Shown here: piece by piece, positions 1 to 12,604 of the stretch
Numbering within the stretch: position 1 is the stretch's first letter
Layout: each line of letters begins with the position of its first letter
Source: Tubulanus polymorphus
Lineage: Eukaryota; Animalia; Nemertea
Length of the DNA stretch: 64,000 nucleotides
NCBI RefSeq assembly: GCF_964204645.1
Contig: NC_134026.1
Location: forward strand, 10,625,950-10,689,949
Reading direction: 5' to 3'
Made by a program: the position numbers and the translations under genes
Notes under the pieces: generated by a model
What the model was told of the DNA's origin: nothing
Database searches by the model: none
Seen by the model: the letters and a program-made list of their open reading frames with translations, nothing else

Positions 1-188
1 AAATAATGAATTGTCGCGGGCGATAAAACCACAATAATGAATTGTCGCGGGCGTTAAAACCAAAATATTGAATTGTTGCGGGCGATAAAACCAAAATAAT
101 GAATTGTCGCGGACGACAAAAACAAACTATTGAATTGTTGCGTGCGACAAAACCAAAATAATGAATTGTCGCGGGCGACAAAACCAAA

Positions 189-1337
189 CTAGGGGTCCAG
201 GGACACCATGCTCACTTGGGCAGTGGTTTCAAATGCTCAACAATCTAACAATTTGAATACTAACGCCCTCTAGTGACCATATACAAAATCCCATGACCTT
301 GAAACCCACCACAATCATAGAACATGTGAGCAGCTATGATTTTGTAATTGATTGTGATAACAAAATAAGCCTCGTTACCAATTTAATATGAAAATACTAA
401 GTTATTCTACTATTCAACGCCCCCTGGTGACCATATGCAAAACCCAATGACCTTAAAACTCACCGCAATCGTAGTACATGTCATGAAATACAACTTTGCA
501 ATTGATCATAGTAACAAAATATGCCTAGGTACCAATCTAATAAGGGAATACTAAGCCATTCTACTATTCAGCGCCCCCTGGTGACTATATGGAATAACTA
601 ATGTCCTTAAAAACTCACCACAATCATAGACGATGTCATGAACTACAACTTTGCAATGGATCATGGTAACAAATTATGCCTAGGTACCAATCTAATAAGG
701 AAAAACTAAGCTTTTCTACTATTCAACGCCCCTGGTGACTATATGGAATAACTAATATCCTTAAAAACTCACCACAATCATAGACGATGTCACGAACTAC
801 AACTTTGCCATTGATCATGGTAACAAAATATGCCTTGGTACAAATATAATATAGCGATACTAAGTTATTGTATTATTCAACGCCCCCTGATGGCCACATA
901 CAAAAACCAATGACCTTGAAACTCACCAAAATCATAGAACACGTTATGGGCTACAACTTTCCAATTGAATATAGTAACACAATATGCTTAGGTATCAATT
1001 TATTGTGGAAAAACTTTTTCCCACCTACGAATGAGTACTGATGACACCAAGATGGCTGCCAATTGCGTCATAATTGGCTGATCAAAAATACCTGTCCCAG
1101 GTATAAAACATCCCTCTCTAAAGAATATCTATCAGCAATTGCAATGAGAAATGGCAAACCAGAAGGAAGCTACAGGACCTAGAATTCTGGCCAAAATTGA
1201 CATTTTTGGGCACTAAAAAGGTCATAGGACGGCCATCTTGAGTCAGATCGACCCAATTTTCTTATGCTGATGGGCCTTTGGTAGATTCAAATATAAACGA
1301 AAGATCAAGGTAATTGATCAAAGCGTCTTCAAAATTT
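189..1337 (+). mobile_element. Helentron/HINE-like non-autonomous element, right-truncated, 5 internal ~154-bp repeats
   Basis: Starts CTAGGGGTCCAGGGACACCATGCTCACTTGGG. The TATTCAACGCCCC motif recurs at about 411, 565, 720 and 874. Ends at AAGCGTCTTCAAAATTT and lacks the hairpin end of full copies. Confidence 0.7.
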
Positions 1338-1669
1338 TCTTCGGGCGACAAAACCAAAATAATGAATTGTCGCGGGCGATAAAAACCAAAATAATGAATT
1401 GTCTCGTGCAACAAAACCAAAATAATGAATTGTCGCGGGCAATAAAACCAAAATAATTAATTATCGCGGGCGATAAAACCAAAATATTGAATTGTCGCGG
1501 GCGATAAAACCAAAATAATGAATTGTCACGGGCGTTAAAACCAAAATATTGAATCGTCGCGGGCGATAAAACCAAAATAATGAATTGTCGCGGACGGCAA
1601 AAACAAAATATTGAATTGTTGCGTGCGACAAAACCAAAATAATGAAATGTCGCGGGCGACAAAACCAAA

Positions 1670-2975
1670 CTAGGGGTCCAGGGACACCATGCTCACTTGG
1701 GAAGTGGTTTCAAATGCTCAACAATCTAACAATTTCAATACATAACGCCCTCTAGTGACCATATACACAAACCAATGACCTTGAAACACACCACAATCAT
1801 AGAACATGTGAGCAGCTATGATTTTGGAATTGGTTGTGATAACAAAATATGCCTCGTTACCAATTTAATATGGAAATACTAAGTTATTCTACTATTCAAC
1901 GCCCCCTGGTGACCATATGCAAAACCCAATGACCTTAAAACTCACCACAATCATAGTACATGTCATGAAATACAACTTTGCAATTGATCATAGTAACAAA
2001 ATATGCCTAGGTACCAATCTAATAAGGAAATACTAAGCCATTCTACTATTCAGCGCCCCCTGGTGACTATATGGAATAACTAATGTCCTTAAAAACTCAC
2101 CACAATCATAGACGATGTCATGAACTACAACTTTGCAATGGATCATGGTAACAAACTATGCCTAGGTACCAATCTAATAAGGAAAAACTAAGCTTTTCTA
2201 CTATTCAACGCCCCCTGGTGTCTATATGGAATAAATTATGTCCTTAAAAACTCACCACAATCATAGAAGATGTCATGAACTACAACTTTGCAATTGATCA
2301 TGGTAAAAAAATATGCCTTGGTACAAATATAATATAGCGATACTAAGTTATTGTATTATTCAACGCCCCCTGATGGCCACATACAAAAACCAATGACCTT
2401 GAAACTCACTAAAATCATAGAAGATGTCATGAACTACAACTTTGCAATTGATCATGGTAACAAAATATGCCTTGGTACAAATATAATATAGCGATACTAA
2501 GTAATTGTATTATTCAACGCCCCCTGATGGCCACATACAAAAACCAATGACCTTGAAACTCACCAAAATCATAGAACACGTTATGGGCTACAACTTTCCA
2601 ATTGAATATAGTAACACAATATGCTTAAGTATCAATTAATTGTGGAAAAAACTTTTTCCCACCTACGAATGAGTACTGATGACACCAAGATGGTCGCCAA
2701 TTGCGTCATAATTGGCTGATCAAAAATACCTGTCCCAGGTATAAAACATCCCTCTGTAAAGAATATCCATCAGCAATTGCAATGAGAAATGGCAAACCAG
2801 TAGGAAGCTACAAGACCTAGAATTCTGGCCAAAATTGACATTTTTGGGCACTAAAAAGGTCATAGGACGGCCATCTTGAGTCAGATCGACCCAATTTTCT
2901 TATGCTGATGGGCCTTTGGTAGATTCAAATATAAACGAAAGATCAAGGTAATTGATCAAAGCGTTTTCAAAATTT
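1670..2975 (+). mobile_element. Helentron/HINE-like element, right-truncated, 6 internal ~154-bp repeats
   Basis: Same 5' end and same truncation point as the 189-1337 copy, with one extra internal unit. Confidence 0.7.
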
Positions 2976-5900
2976 TCTTTGGCCGACAAAACCAAAATAA
3001 TAAATTGTCGCGGGCAATAAAACCAAAATAATGAATTGTCTCGTGCGACAAAACCAAAATAATGAATTGTCGCGGGCAATAAAACCAAAATAATGAATTA
3101 TCGCGGGCGATAAAACCAAAATATTGAATTGTCGCGGGCGATAAAACCAAAATAATGAATTGTCGCGGGCGACAAAACCAAAAAAAAAAATTGTCGCGGG
3201 CGACAAAAACAAAATATAAAACCAAAATAATGAATTGTCGTGGGCGTCAAAACCAAAAGAAGAATTGTCGCGGGCGACAAAACCAAAATAATGAATTGTC
3301 GCTGGAGATAAAACCAAAGTAATGAATTGTCGTGGGTGATAAAACCAAAAAAAGAATTGTGGGGGCAACAAAACCAAAATAATGAATTGTCGCGGGCGAC
3401 AAAACCAAAATGGTGAATTGTCACGGGCGACAAAACCAAAAAAAGAATTGTCGGGGCGACAAAACCAAAATAATGAATTATCGCGGGCGACAAAACCAAA
3501 ATGAAGAATTGTCCAGGCGACAAAACCAAAATGGTGAATTGTCGCGGGCGACAAAACCAAAATAATGAATTGTCGCGGGCGATAAAACCAAAATGATGAA
3601 TTGTCTCGGGCGACAAAACCAAAATAATGAATTGTCGCGGGCGATAAAACCAAAATGATGAATTGTCTCGGGCGACAAAACCAAAATAATGAATTGTCGC
3701 GGGCGATAAAACCAAAATAATGAATTATCGCGGGCGATAAAACCAAAATATTGAATTGTCGCAGGCGATTAAACCAAAATATTGAATTGTCGCGGGCGAA
3801 AAAAACAAAAAAAAATTGTCGCGGGCGACTCAAACAAAATATAAAACCAAATAATGAATTGTCGCGGGCGACAAAACCAAAAAGAAGAATTGTCGCGGGC
3901 GACAAAACCAAAAAGAAGAATTGTCGCGGGCGACAAAACCAAAATAATGAATTGTCGCTGGAGATAAAACCAAAGTAATGAATTGTCGCAGGCGACAAAA
4001 CCAAAATATTGAATTGTCGCGGGCGATAAAACCAAAATGATGAATTGTCTCGGGCGACAAAACCAAAATAATGAATTGTCGCGGGCGATAAAACCAAAAT
4101 AATGAATTATCGCGGGCGATAAATCCAAAATATTGAATTGTCGCAGGCGACAAAACCAAAATAATGAATTGTCGCTGGAGATAAAACCAAAGTAATGAAT
4201 TGTCGTGGGTGATAAAACCAAAAAAAGAATTGTGGGGGCAACAAAACCAAAATAATGAATTGTCGCGGGCGACAAAACCAAAATGGTGAATTGTCACGGG
4301 CGACAAAACCAAAAAAAGAATTGTCGGGGCGACAAAACCAAAATAATGAATTATCGCGGGCGACAAAACCAAAATGGTGAATTGTCCAGGCGACAAAACC
4401 AAAATGGTGAATTGTCGCGGGCGACAAAACCAAAATAATGAATTGTCGCGGGCGATAAATCTAAAATGATGAATTGTCTCGGGCGACAAAACCAAAATAA
4501 TGAATTGTCGCGGGCGATAAAACCAAAATGATGAATTGTCTCGGGCGACAAAACCAAAATAATGAATTGTCGCGGGCGATAAAACCAAAATAATGAATTA
4601 TCGCGGGCGATAAAACCAAAATATTGAATTGTCGCAGGCGATTAAACCAAAATATTGAATTGTCGCGGGCGACAAAACCAAAAAAAAATTGTCGCGGGCG
4701 ACTCAAACAAAATATAAAACCAAATAATGAATTGTCGCGGGCGACAAAACCAAAAAGAAGAATTGTCGCGGGCGACAAAACCAAAAAGAAGAATTGTCGC
4801 GGGCGACAAAACCAAAATAATGAATTGTCGCTGGAGATAAAACCAAAGTAATGAATTGTCGCAGGCGACAAAACCAAAATATTGAATTGTCGCGGGCGAC
4901 ACAACCAAAATGGTGAATTGTCGCGGGCGACAAAACCAAACTTATGAATTGTCGCGGGCGACAAAACCAAAAAAAGAATTGTCGGGGCGACAAAACCAAA
5001 ATAATGAATTGTCGCGGGCGATAAAACCAAAATAATGAATTGTCGCGGGCGATAAAACCAAAATAATGAATTGTCGCGGGCGACAAAACCAAAATGGTGA
5101 ATTGTCGCGGGCGACAAAAAAAAATGGTGAATTGTCCAGGCGACAAAACCAAAATGGTGAATTGTCGCGGGCGACAAAACCAAAATAATGAATTGTCGCG
5201 GGCGATAGAACCAAAATAATGAATTGTCTCGGGCGACAAAACCAAAATAATGAATTGTCGCGGGCGATAAAACCAAAATAATGAATTATCGCGGGCGATA
5301 AAACCAAAATATTGAATTGTCGCGGGCGATTAAACCAAAAAGAAGAATTGTCGCGGGCGACAAAACCAAAGTAATGAATTGTCGCGGGCGATAAAACCAA
5401 AATACTGAATTGTCGCGGGTGACAAAACCAAACTAATGAATTGTCGCGGGCGACAAAACCAAAAAAAGAATTGTCGGGGCAACAAAACCAAAATAATGAA
5501 TTGTCGCGGGCGATAAAACCAAAATAATGAATTGTCGCGGGTGACAAAACCAAAATGGTGAATTGTCGCGGGCGACAAAACCAAAATGATGAATTGTCTC
5601 GGGCGACAAAACCAAAATAATGAATTGTCGCCGGCGATAAAACCAAAATAATGAATTATTGCGGGCGATTAAACCAAAATATTGAATTGTCGCGGGCGAT
5701 TAAACCAAAATAATGAATTGTCGCGGACGACAAAATTAAAATATTGAATTGTCGCGGGCGACAAAACCAAAATATTGAATTGTCGCGGGCGACAAAACCA
5801 AAAAAAATTGTCGCGGGCGACTAAAACAAAATATAAAACCAAAATAATGAATTGTCGCGGGCGACAAAACCAAAAAGAAGAATTGTCGCGGGCGACAAAA

Positions 5901-8900
5901 CCAAAAAGAAGAATTGTCGCGGGCGACAAAACCAAAATAATGAATTGTCGCTGGAGATAAAACCAAAGTAATGAATTGTCGTGGGCGATAAAACCAAAAT
6001 ATTGAATTGTCGCGGGCAATTAAACCAAAAAGAAGAATTGTCGCGGGCGACAAAACCAAAATAATGAATTGTCGCTGGAGATAAAACCAAAGTAATGAAT
6101 TGTCGTGGGCGATAAAACCAAAATATTGAATTGTCGCGGGTGACAAAACCAAAATATTGAATTGTCTCGGGCGACAAAACCAAAATAATGAATTTTCGCG
6201 GGCGATAAAACCAAAATAATGAATTATCGCGGGCGATAAAACCAAAATATTGAATTGTCGCGGGCGATTAAACCAAAAAGAAGAATTGTCGCGGGCGACA
6301 AAACCAAAATAATGAATTGTCGCTGGAGATAAAACCAAAGTAATGAATTGTCGCGGGCGATAAAACCAAAATACTGAATTGTCGCGGGTGTCAAAACCAA
6401 ACTAATGAATTGTCGCGGGCGACAAAACCAAAAAAAGAATTGTCGGGGCAACAAAACCAAAATAAAGAATTGTCGCGGGCGATAAAACCAAAATAATGAA
6501 TTGTCGCGGGTGACAAAACCAAAATGGTGAATTGTCGCGGGCGACAAAACCAAAATGATGAATTGTCTCGGGCGACAAAACCAAAATAATGAATTGTCGC
6601 CGGCGATAAAACCAAAATAATGAATTATTGCGGGCGATTAAACCAAAATATTGAATTGTCGCGGGCGATTAAACCAAAATAATGAATTGTCGCGGACGAC
6701 AAAATTAAAATATTGAATTGTCGCGGGCGACAAAACCAAAATATTGAATTGTCGCGGGCGACAAAACCAAAAAAAAATTGTCGCGGGCGACTAAAACAAA
6801 ATATAAAACCAAAATAATGAATTGTCGCGGGCGACAAAACCAAAAAGAAGAATTGTCGCGGGCGACAAAACCAAAAACAAGAATTGTCGCGGGCGACAAA
6901 ACCAAAATAATGAATTGTCGCTGGAGATAAAACCAAAGTAATGAATTGTCGTGGGCGATAAAACCAAAATACTGAATTGTCGCGGGTGACAAAACCAAAC
7001 TAATGAATTGTCGCGGGCGACAAAACCAAAAAAAGAATTGTCGGGGCAACAAAACCAAAATAATGAATTGTCGCGGACGACAAAATTAAAATATTGAATT
7101 GTCGCGGGCGACAAAACCAAAATATTGAATTGTCGCGGGCGACAAAACCAAAAAAAAAAATGTCGCGGGCGAGTAAAACAAAATATAAAACCAAAATAAT
7201 GAATTGTCGCGGGCGACAAAACCAAAAAGAAGAATTGTCGCGGGCGACAAAACCAAAATAATGAATTGTCGCTGGAGATAAAACCAAAGTAATGAATTGT
7301 CGTGGGCGATAAAACCAAAATACTGAATTGTCGCGGGTGACAAAACCAAACTAATGAATTGTCGCGGGCGACAAAACCAAACTAATGAATTGTCGCGGGC
7401 GATAAAACCAAAATAATGAATTGTCGCGGGTGACAAAACCAAAATAATGAATTGTCGCGGGTGACAAAACCAAAATGGTGAATTGTCGCGGGCGACAAAA
7501 CCAAAATGGTGAATTGTCGTGGGCGACAAAACCAAAATAAAGAATTGTCGCGGGCGACAAAACCAAAAGGGTGAATTGTCCAGGTGACAAAACCAAAATG
7601 GTGAATTGTCGCCGGCGATAAAACCAAAATAATGAATTATTGCGGGCGATTAAACCAAAATATTGAATTGTCGCGGGCGATTAAACCAAAATAATGAATT
7701 GTCGCGGACGACAAAATTAAAATATTGAATTGTCGCGGGCGACAAAACCAAAATATTGAATTGTCGCGGGCGACAAAACCAAAAAAAAATTGTCGCGGGC
7801 GACTAAAACAAAATATAAAACCAAAATAATGAATTGTCGCGGGCGACAAAACCAAAAAGAAGAATTGTCGCGGGCGACAAAACCAAAAACAAGAATTGTC
7901 GCGGGCGACAAAACCAAAATAATGAATTGTCGCTGGAGATAAAACCAAAGTAATGAATTGTCGTGGGCGATAAAACCAAAATACTGAATTGTCGCGGGTG
8001 ACAAAACCAAACTAATGAATTGTCGCGGGCGACAAAACCAAAAAAAGAATTGTCGGGGCAACAAAACCAAAATAATGAATTGTCGCGGACGACAAAATTA
8101 AAATATTGAATTGTCGCGGGCGACAAAACCAAAATATTGAATTGTCGCGGGCGACAAAACCAAAAAAAAAAATGTCGCGGGCGAGTAAAACAAAATATAA
8201 AACCAAAATAATGAATTGTCGCGGGCGACAAAACCAAAAAGAAGAATTGTCGCGGGCGACAAAACCAAAATAATGAATTGTCGCTGGAGATAAAACCAAA
8301 GTAATGAATTGTCGTGGGCGATAAAACCAAAATACTGAATTGTCGCGGGTGACAAAACCAAACTAATGAATTGTCGCGGGCGACAAAACCAAACTAATGA
8401 ATTGTCGCGGGCGATAAAACCAAAATAATGAATTGTCGCGGGTGACAAAACCAAAATAATGAATTGTCGCGGGTGACAAAACCAAAATGGTGAATTGTCG
8501 CGGGCGACAAAACCAAAATGGTGAATTGTCGCGGGCGACAAAACCAAAATAAAGAATTGTCGCGGGCGACAAAACCAAAAGGGTGAATTGTCCAGGTGAC
8601 AAAACCAAAATGGTGAATTGTCGCGGGCGACAAAACCAAAATAATGAATTGTCGCGGGCGATAAAACCAAAATGATGAATTGTCTTGGGCGACAAAACCA
8701 AAATAATGAATTGTCGCCGGCGATAAAACCAAAATAATGAATTATCGCGGGCGATTAAACCAAAATATTGAATTGTCGCGGGCGATTAAACCAAAATAAT
8801 GAATTGTCGCGGACGACAAAATTAAAATATTGAATTGTCGCGGGCGACAAAACCAAACTATAAAACCAAAATAATGAATTGTCGCGGGCGACAAAACCAA

Positions 8901-9463
8901 AAAGAAGAATTGTCGCGGGCGACAAAACCAAAAAGAAGAATTGTCGCGGGCGACAAAACCAAAATAATGAATTGTCGCTGGAGATAAAACCAAAGTAATG
9001 AATTGGCGCGGGTGATAAAACCAAAATATTGAATTGTCGCGGGCGACAAAACCAAAATATTGAATTGTCGCGGGCGACAAAACCAAACTAATGAATTGTT
9101 GCGGGCGACAAAACCAAAATAATGAATTGTCGCGGGCGATAAAACCAAAATAATGAATTGTCGCGGGCGATAAAACCAAAATAATGAATTGTCGCGGGTG
9201 ACAAAACCAAAATGGTGAATTGTCGCGGGCGACAAAACCAAAATGGTGAATTGTCGAGGGCGACAAAACCAAAATAATGAATTGTTGCGGGCGATAAAAC
9301 CAAAATATTGAATTTTCGCGGGCGACAAAACCAAAATAATGAATTGTCGCAAGCGATAAAACCAAAATAATGAATTGTCGCGGGCGATAAAACCAAAATA
9401 TTGAATTGTCGCGTGTGACAAAACCAAAATAATGAATTGTCGCGGGCGACAAAATCAAAATCA

Positions 9464-9554
9464 TTGTTTTCTCGCGTTATTTTAGTTTTGTCGTTTTGTC
9501 GTCATGTCGCCCTCATTTGCATATTCGTGTTTTTTTATCTTATCAGCCACCATA
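9464..9554. mobile_element. Putative right terminus of a TIR DNA transposon (ends CCATA, i.e. TATGG on the minus strand), repeated in every higher-order unit
   Basis: The satellite runs into inverted subunits (TTTTGTCGTTTTGTCG, reverse complement of CGACAAAA) and then ...TCAGCCACCATA. TAYGG termini are described for IS3EU-type elements. No matching left end was seen. Confidence 0.45.
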
Positions 9555-10561
9555 CTAAAGCCTTAAGGTCGCGTAAAACTCGATAAACACTTCAAGCGAC
9601 ACAGCGAACGATCTCCTTTCCCCCACAGCGAGCGCTTACTCCGAATGTCAAGTGTGAGTCCAGCATACGGATAGGAGTGTGTTATATACTTGTATTTAGT
9701 AAATACCTTGTGCATTTGACAATGATCGGTATGTACTGTAGGAAATATAGAGTATTGATAAATGGTTGAAGCCCGCGGCCGAATAAAGTAATATATTCTT
9801 TTATTTTGATACCTCGTCGACATAACAGCTTTTCTCCGCCATATCTCTTCGGCCTGTTTAGTTTAGGCCTACGATTCCCCGGTACACTAAAGATTTATCT
9901 TTGTAAATACACGGTTAATTCGGTAAAGAAAAATAGGTATTGTTATACTAACTCCTTGAAACCCGCAGCCAAATCACTGGTAGTAATAAATTAATTTGTA
10001 CTCGATTTGATTCTCATGATGAGGAGAAACTCGCAGCTCATCCCCGGAACGTCGATGTAGTAACACACGTCGATTCGTCGATGTTTACGGCTCGACAGTG
10101 CTTTTAAAATCTAAAGTAGTAAATTTCCAGTGTATCGGTAATATGATTTGATGAGGAAAATGGGCTATTGTTAAAATCAGTTTGAAGACCGCGACTGAAT
10201 GTGAAGTCTGCGGCAATAAATTAGTTCATTTATACTTGAATTGATAATCGAAGTGACAGTCGGCCTGCGGGTTGATTTCGGGATGACGACTCGAAAAACA
10301 TGTCGCCCCATTGAATGGGGCTAAATTTTCGATGTTTCCAGCCCGACAGCGCTTTTGTAACGATGATTCGTGAAAAAACACGCGGGCTATTTGTAGATCT
10401 CAGTGAGCTGAACGATATTATATGGATTGTATATGAAACAGCGGTAAGGTAACAAAGCCTATGTTCTTTTGGTAAAAATAGTGTGGAAGAAAATAATAAT
10501 AAATATAGCTGCAAAGCAGCGATAACGGGTTTTCTGCACAGTCTTAGAATCCTGTCCAACG

Positions 10562-10795
10562 GTGGATTTCAACAAAGCATTTGATAAGGCTCAACATCAG
10601 CCATTACTAAAGAGGCTATTAGGAAACAGTATCAATGATAGGTCGCCCAAATGGCTCAGCAGTTATCTCTGAACGGAAACTTGTAACCGAAATCAACGGA
10701 ACGCCTCATCTTGGAATGAGACGGTCTAACTAGTGGAGTCACGCAAGGTAGTATCCTAAGTCGTCTTCTGTTTAATGTCCCGACAAATGACATAC
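10562..10795 (+). pseudogene. CR1/L2-type LINE reverse transcriptase fragment in the higher-order-repeat spacer (copies start at about 16413, 22264, 28272, 34098, 38804)
   Basis: Manual translation gives VDFNKAFDKAQHQPLLKRL..WLSSYL, then after stops/frameshift SGVTQGSILSRLLFNVPTNDI. These match the RT motifs DFSKAFD and GVPQGSILGPLLF. Confidence 0.85.
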
Positions 10796-11180
10796 ACAGT
10801 AATCCAAAATATACCAGACCGAGTAAATTTCCAAAACGACCTTACCACACTGTTCGACCAAAAAACTTAATGTTCCGAAAAAACCACGGGGACAAAACCA
10901 AAATAATGAATTGTCGCGGGTGACAAAACCAAAATATTGAATTGTCACGGGCGACAAAACAAAAATAATGAATTGTCGAGGGTGATAAAACCAAAATAAT
11001 GAATTGTCGCGGGCGATAAAACCACAATAATGAATTGTCGCGGGCGGTAAAACCAAAATATTGAATTGTCGCGGCGATAAAACCAAAATAATGAATTGTC
11101 GCGGACGACAAAAACAAGATATTGAATTGTTGCGTGCGACAAAACCAGAATAATGAATTGTCGTGGGCGACAAAACCAAA

Positions 11181-12604
11181 CTAGGGGTCCAGGGACACCA
11201 TGCTCACTTGGGAAGTGGTTTCAAATGCTCAACAATCTAAAAATTTCAATACACAACGCCCTCTAGTGACCATATACAAAAACCAATGACCTTGAAAACC
11301 ACCACAATCATAGAACATGTGAGCAGCTATGATTTTGTAATTGATTGTGAAATATGCCTCGTCACCAATTTAATTTGGAAATACTAAGTTATTCTACTAT
11401 TCAACGCCCCTGGTGACCATATGCAAAACCCAATGACCTTAAAACTCACCACAATCGTAGTACATGTCATGAAATGCAACTTTGCAATTGATCATAGTAA
11501 CAAAATATGCCTAGGTACCAATCTAATAAGGAAATACTAAGCCATTCTACTATTCAACGCCCCCTGGTGACTATATGGAATAACTAATGTCCTTAAAAAC
11601 TCACCACAATCATAGACGATGTCATGATCTACAACTTTGCAATGGATCATGGTAACAAACTATGCCTAGGTACGAATCTAATAAGGAAACACTGAGCTTT
11701 TCTACTATTCAACGCCCCCTGGTGACTATATGGAATAACTAATGTCCTTAAAAACTCACAACAATCATAGACGATGTCATGAACTACAGCTTCGCAATTG
11801 ATCATGGTAACAAAATATGCCTTGGTACAAATATAATATAGCAATACTAAGTTATTGTATTATTCAACGCCCCCTGATGGCAACATACTAAAACCAATGA
11901 CCTTGAAACTCACCAAAATCATAGAACACGTTATGGGCTACAACTTTCCAATTGAATATAGTAACACAATATGCTTAGGTATCGATTTAATGTGGGAAAA
12001 CTTTTTCCCACCTACGAATGAGTACTGATGACACCAAGATGGCCGCCAATTGCGTCATAATTGGCTGATCAAAAATACCTGTCCCAGGTATAAAACATCC
12101 CTCTCTAAGGAATAACCATCAGCAATTGCAATGAGAAATGGCAAACCAGTAGGAAGTTACAGGACCTAGAATTCTGGCCAAAATTGACATTTTTGGGCAC
12201 TAAAAAGGTCATAGGACGGCCATCTTGAGTCAGATCGACCCAATTTTCTTATGCTGATGGGCCTTTGGTAGATTCAAATATAAACGAAAGATCAAGGTAA
12301 TTGATCAAAGCGTTGAAGACGCTTTGATCAATAACCTTGATCTTTCGTTTATATTCGAAAATGTTTAAAAAGTGCTGATTTTGGCAAACAACAATGGCTG
12401 CCAGTCGGCCATCTTTAATCTGACAGGGCCTGATTTTGGGCTGACGATGTGTCTAGGGTAGGTACATGTATAAACCAAATATCAAGACATTACCTTGAAG
12501 CGTCTTCAAAACGTCCCAAAATACCTGGATTCCGTCTATAGACGGACGGACGGACGAAAAGTGAACACAATAGCCCGCTGGGACTAAAGTCCCAAGTGGA
12601 CTGG
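11181..12604 (+). mobile_element. Full-length Helentron/HINE-like element (type A, with internal 79-bp hairpin), 5 internal ~154-bp repeats
   Basis: Conserved 5' end, internal tandem repeats, (GACG)n microsatellite at about 12541-12556 and subterminal hairpin TGGGACT-AA-AGTCCCA. Inserted into an A-run of a satellite unit without a TSD. Confidence 0.75.

Noticed and set aside
2983-9463. CRISPR-like appearance (palindromic ~31-bp repeat with a variable segment)
   Set aside because: Units are head-to-tail with no unique spacers. The variable 5-6 nt are recurrent point variants, no cas genes are present, and the context is eukaryotic.
9563-10559. Repeated spacer ORFs (86, 62 and 109 aa)
   Set aside because: No recognisable domain, non-ATG starts, and recurrence is explained by DNA-level duplication.
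12020-12075. CTGATGA in the HINE (and TGATGAG at about 10017) as a hammerhead ribozyme core
   Set aside because: No correctly placed stem II followed by GAAA, and no stems I/III could be built by eye.
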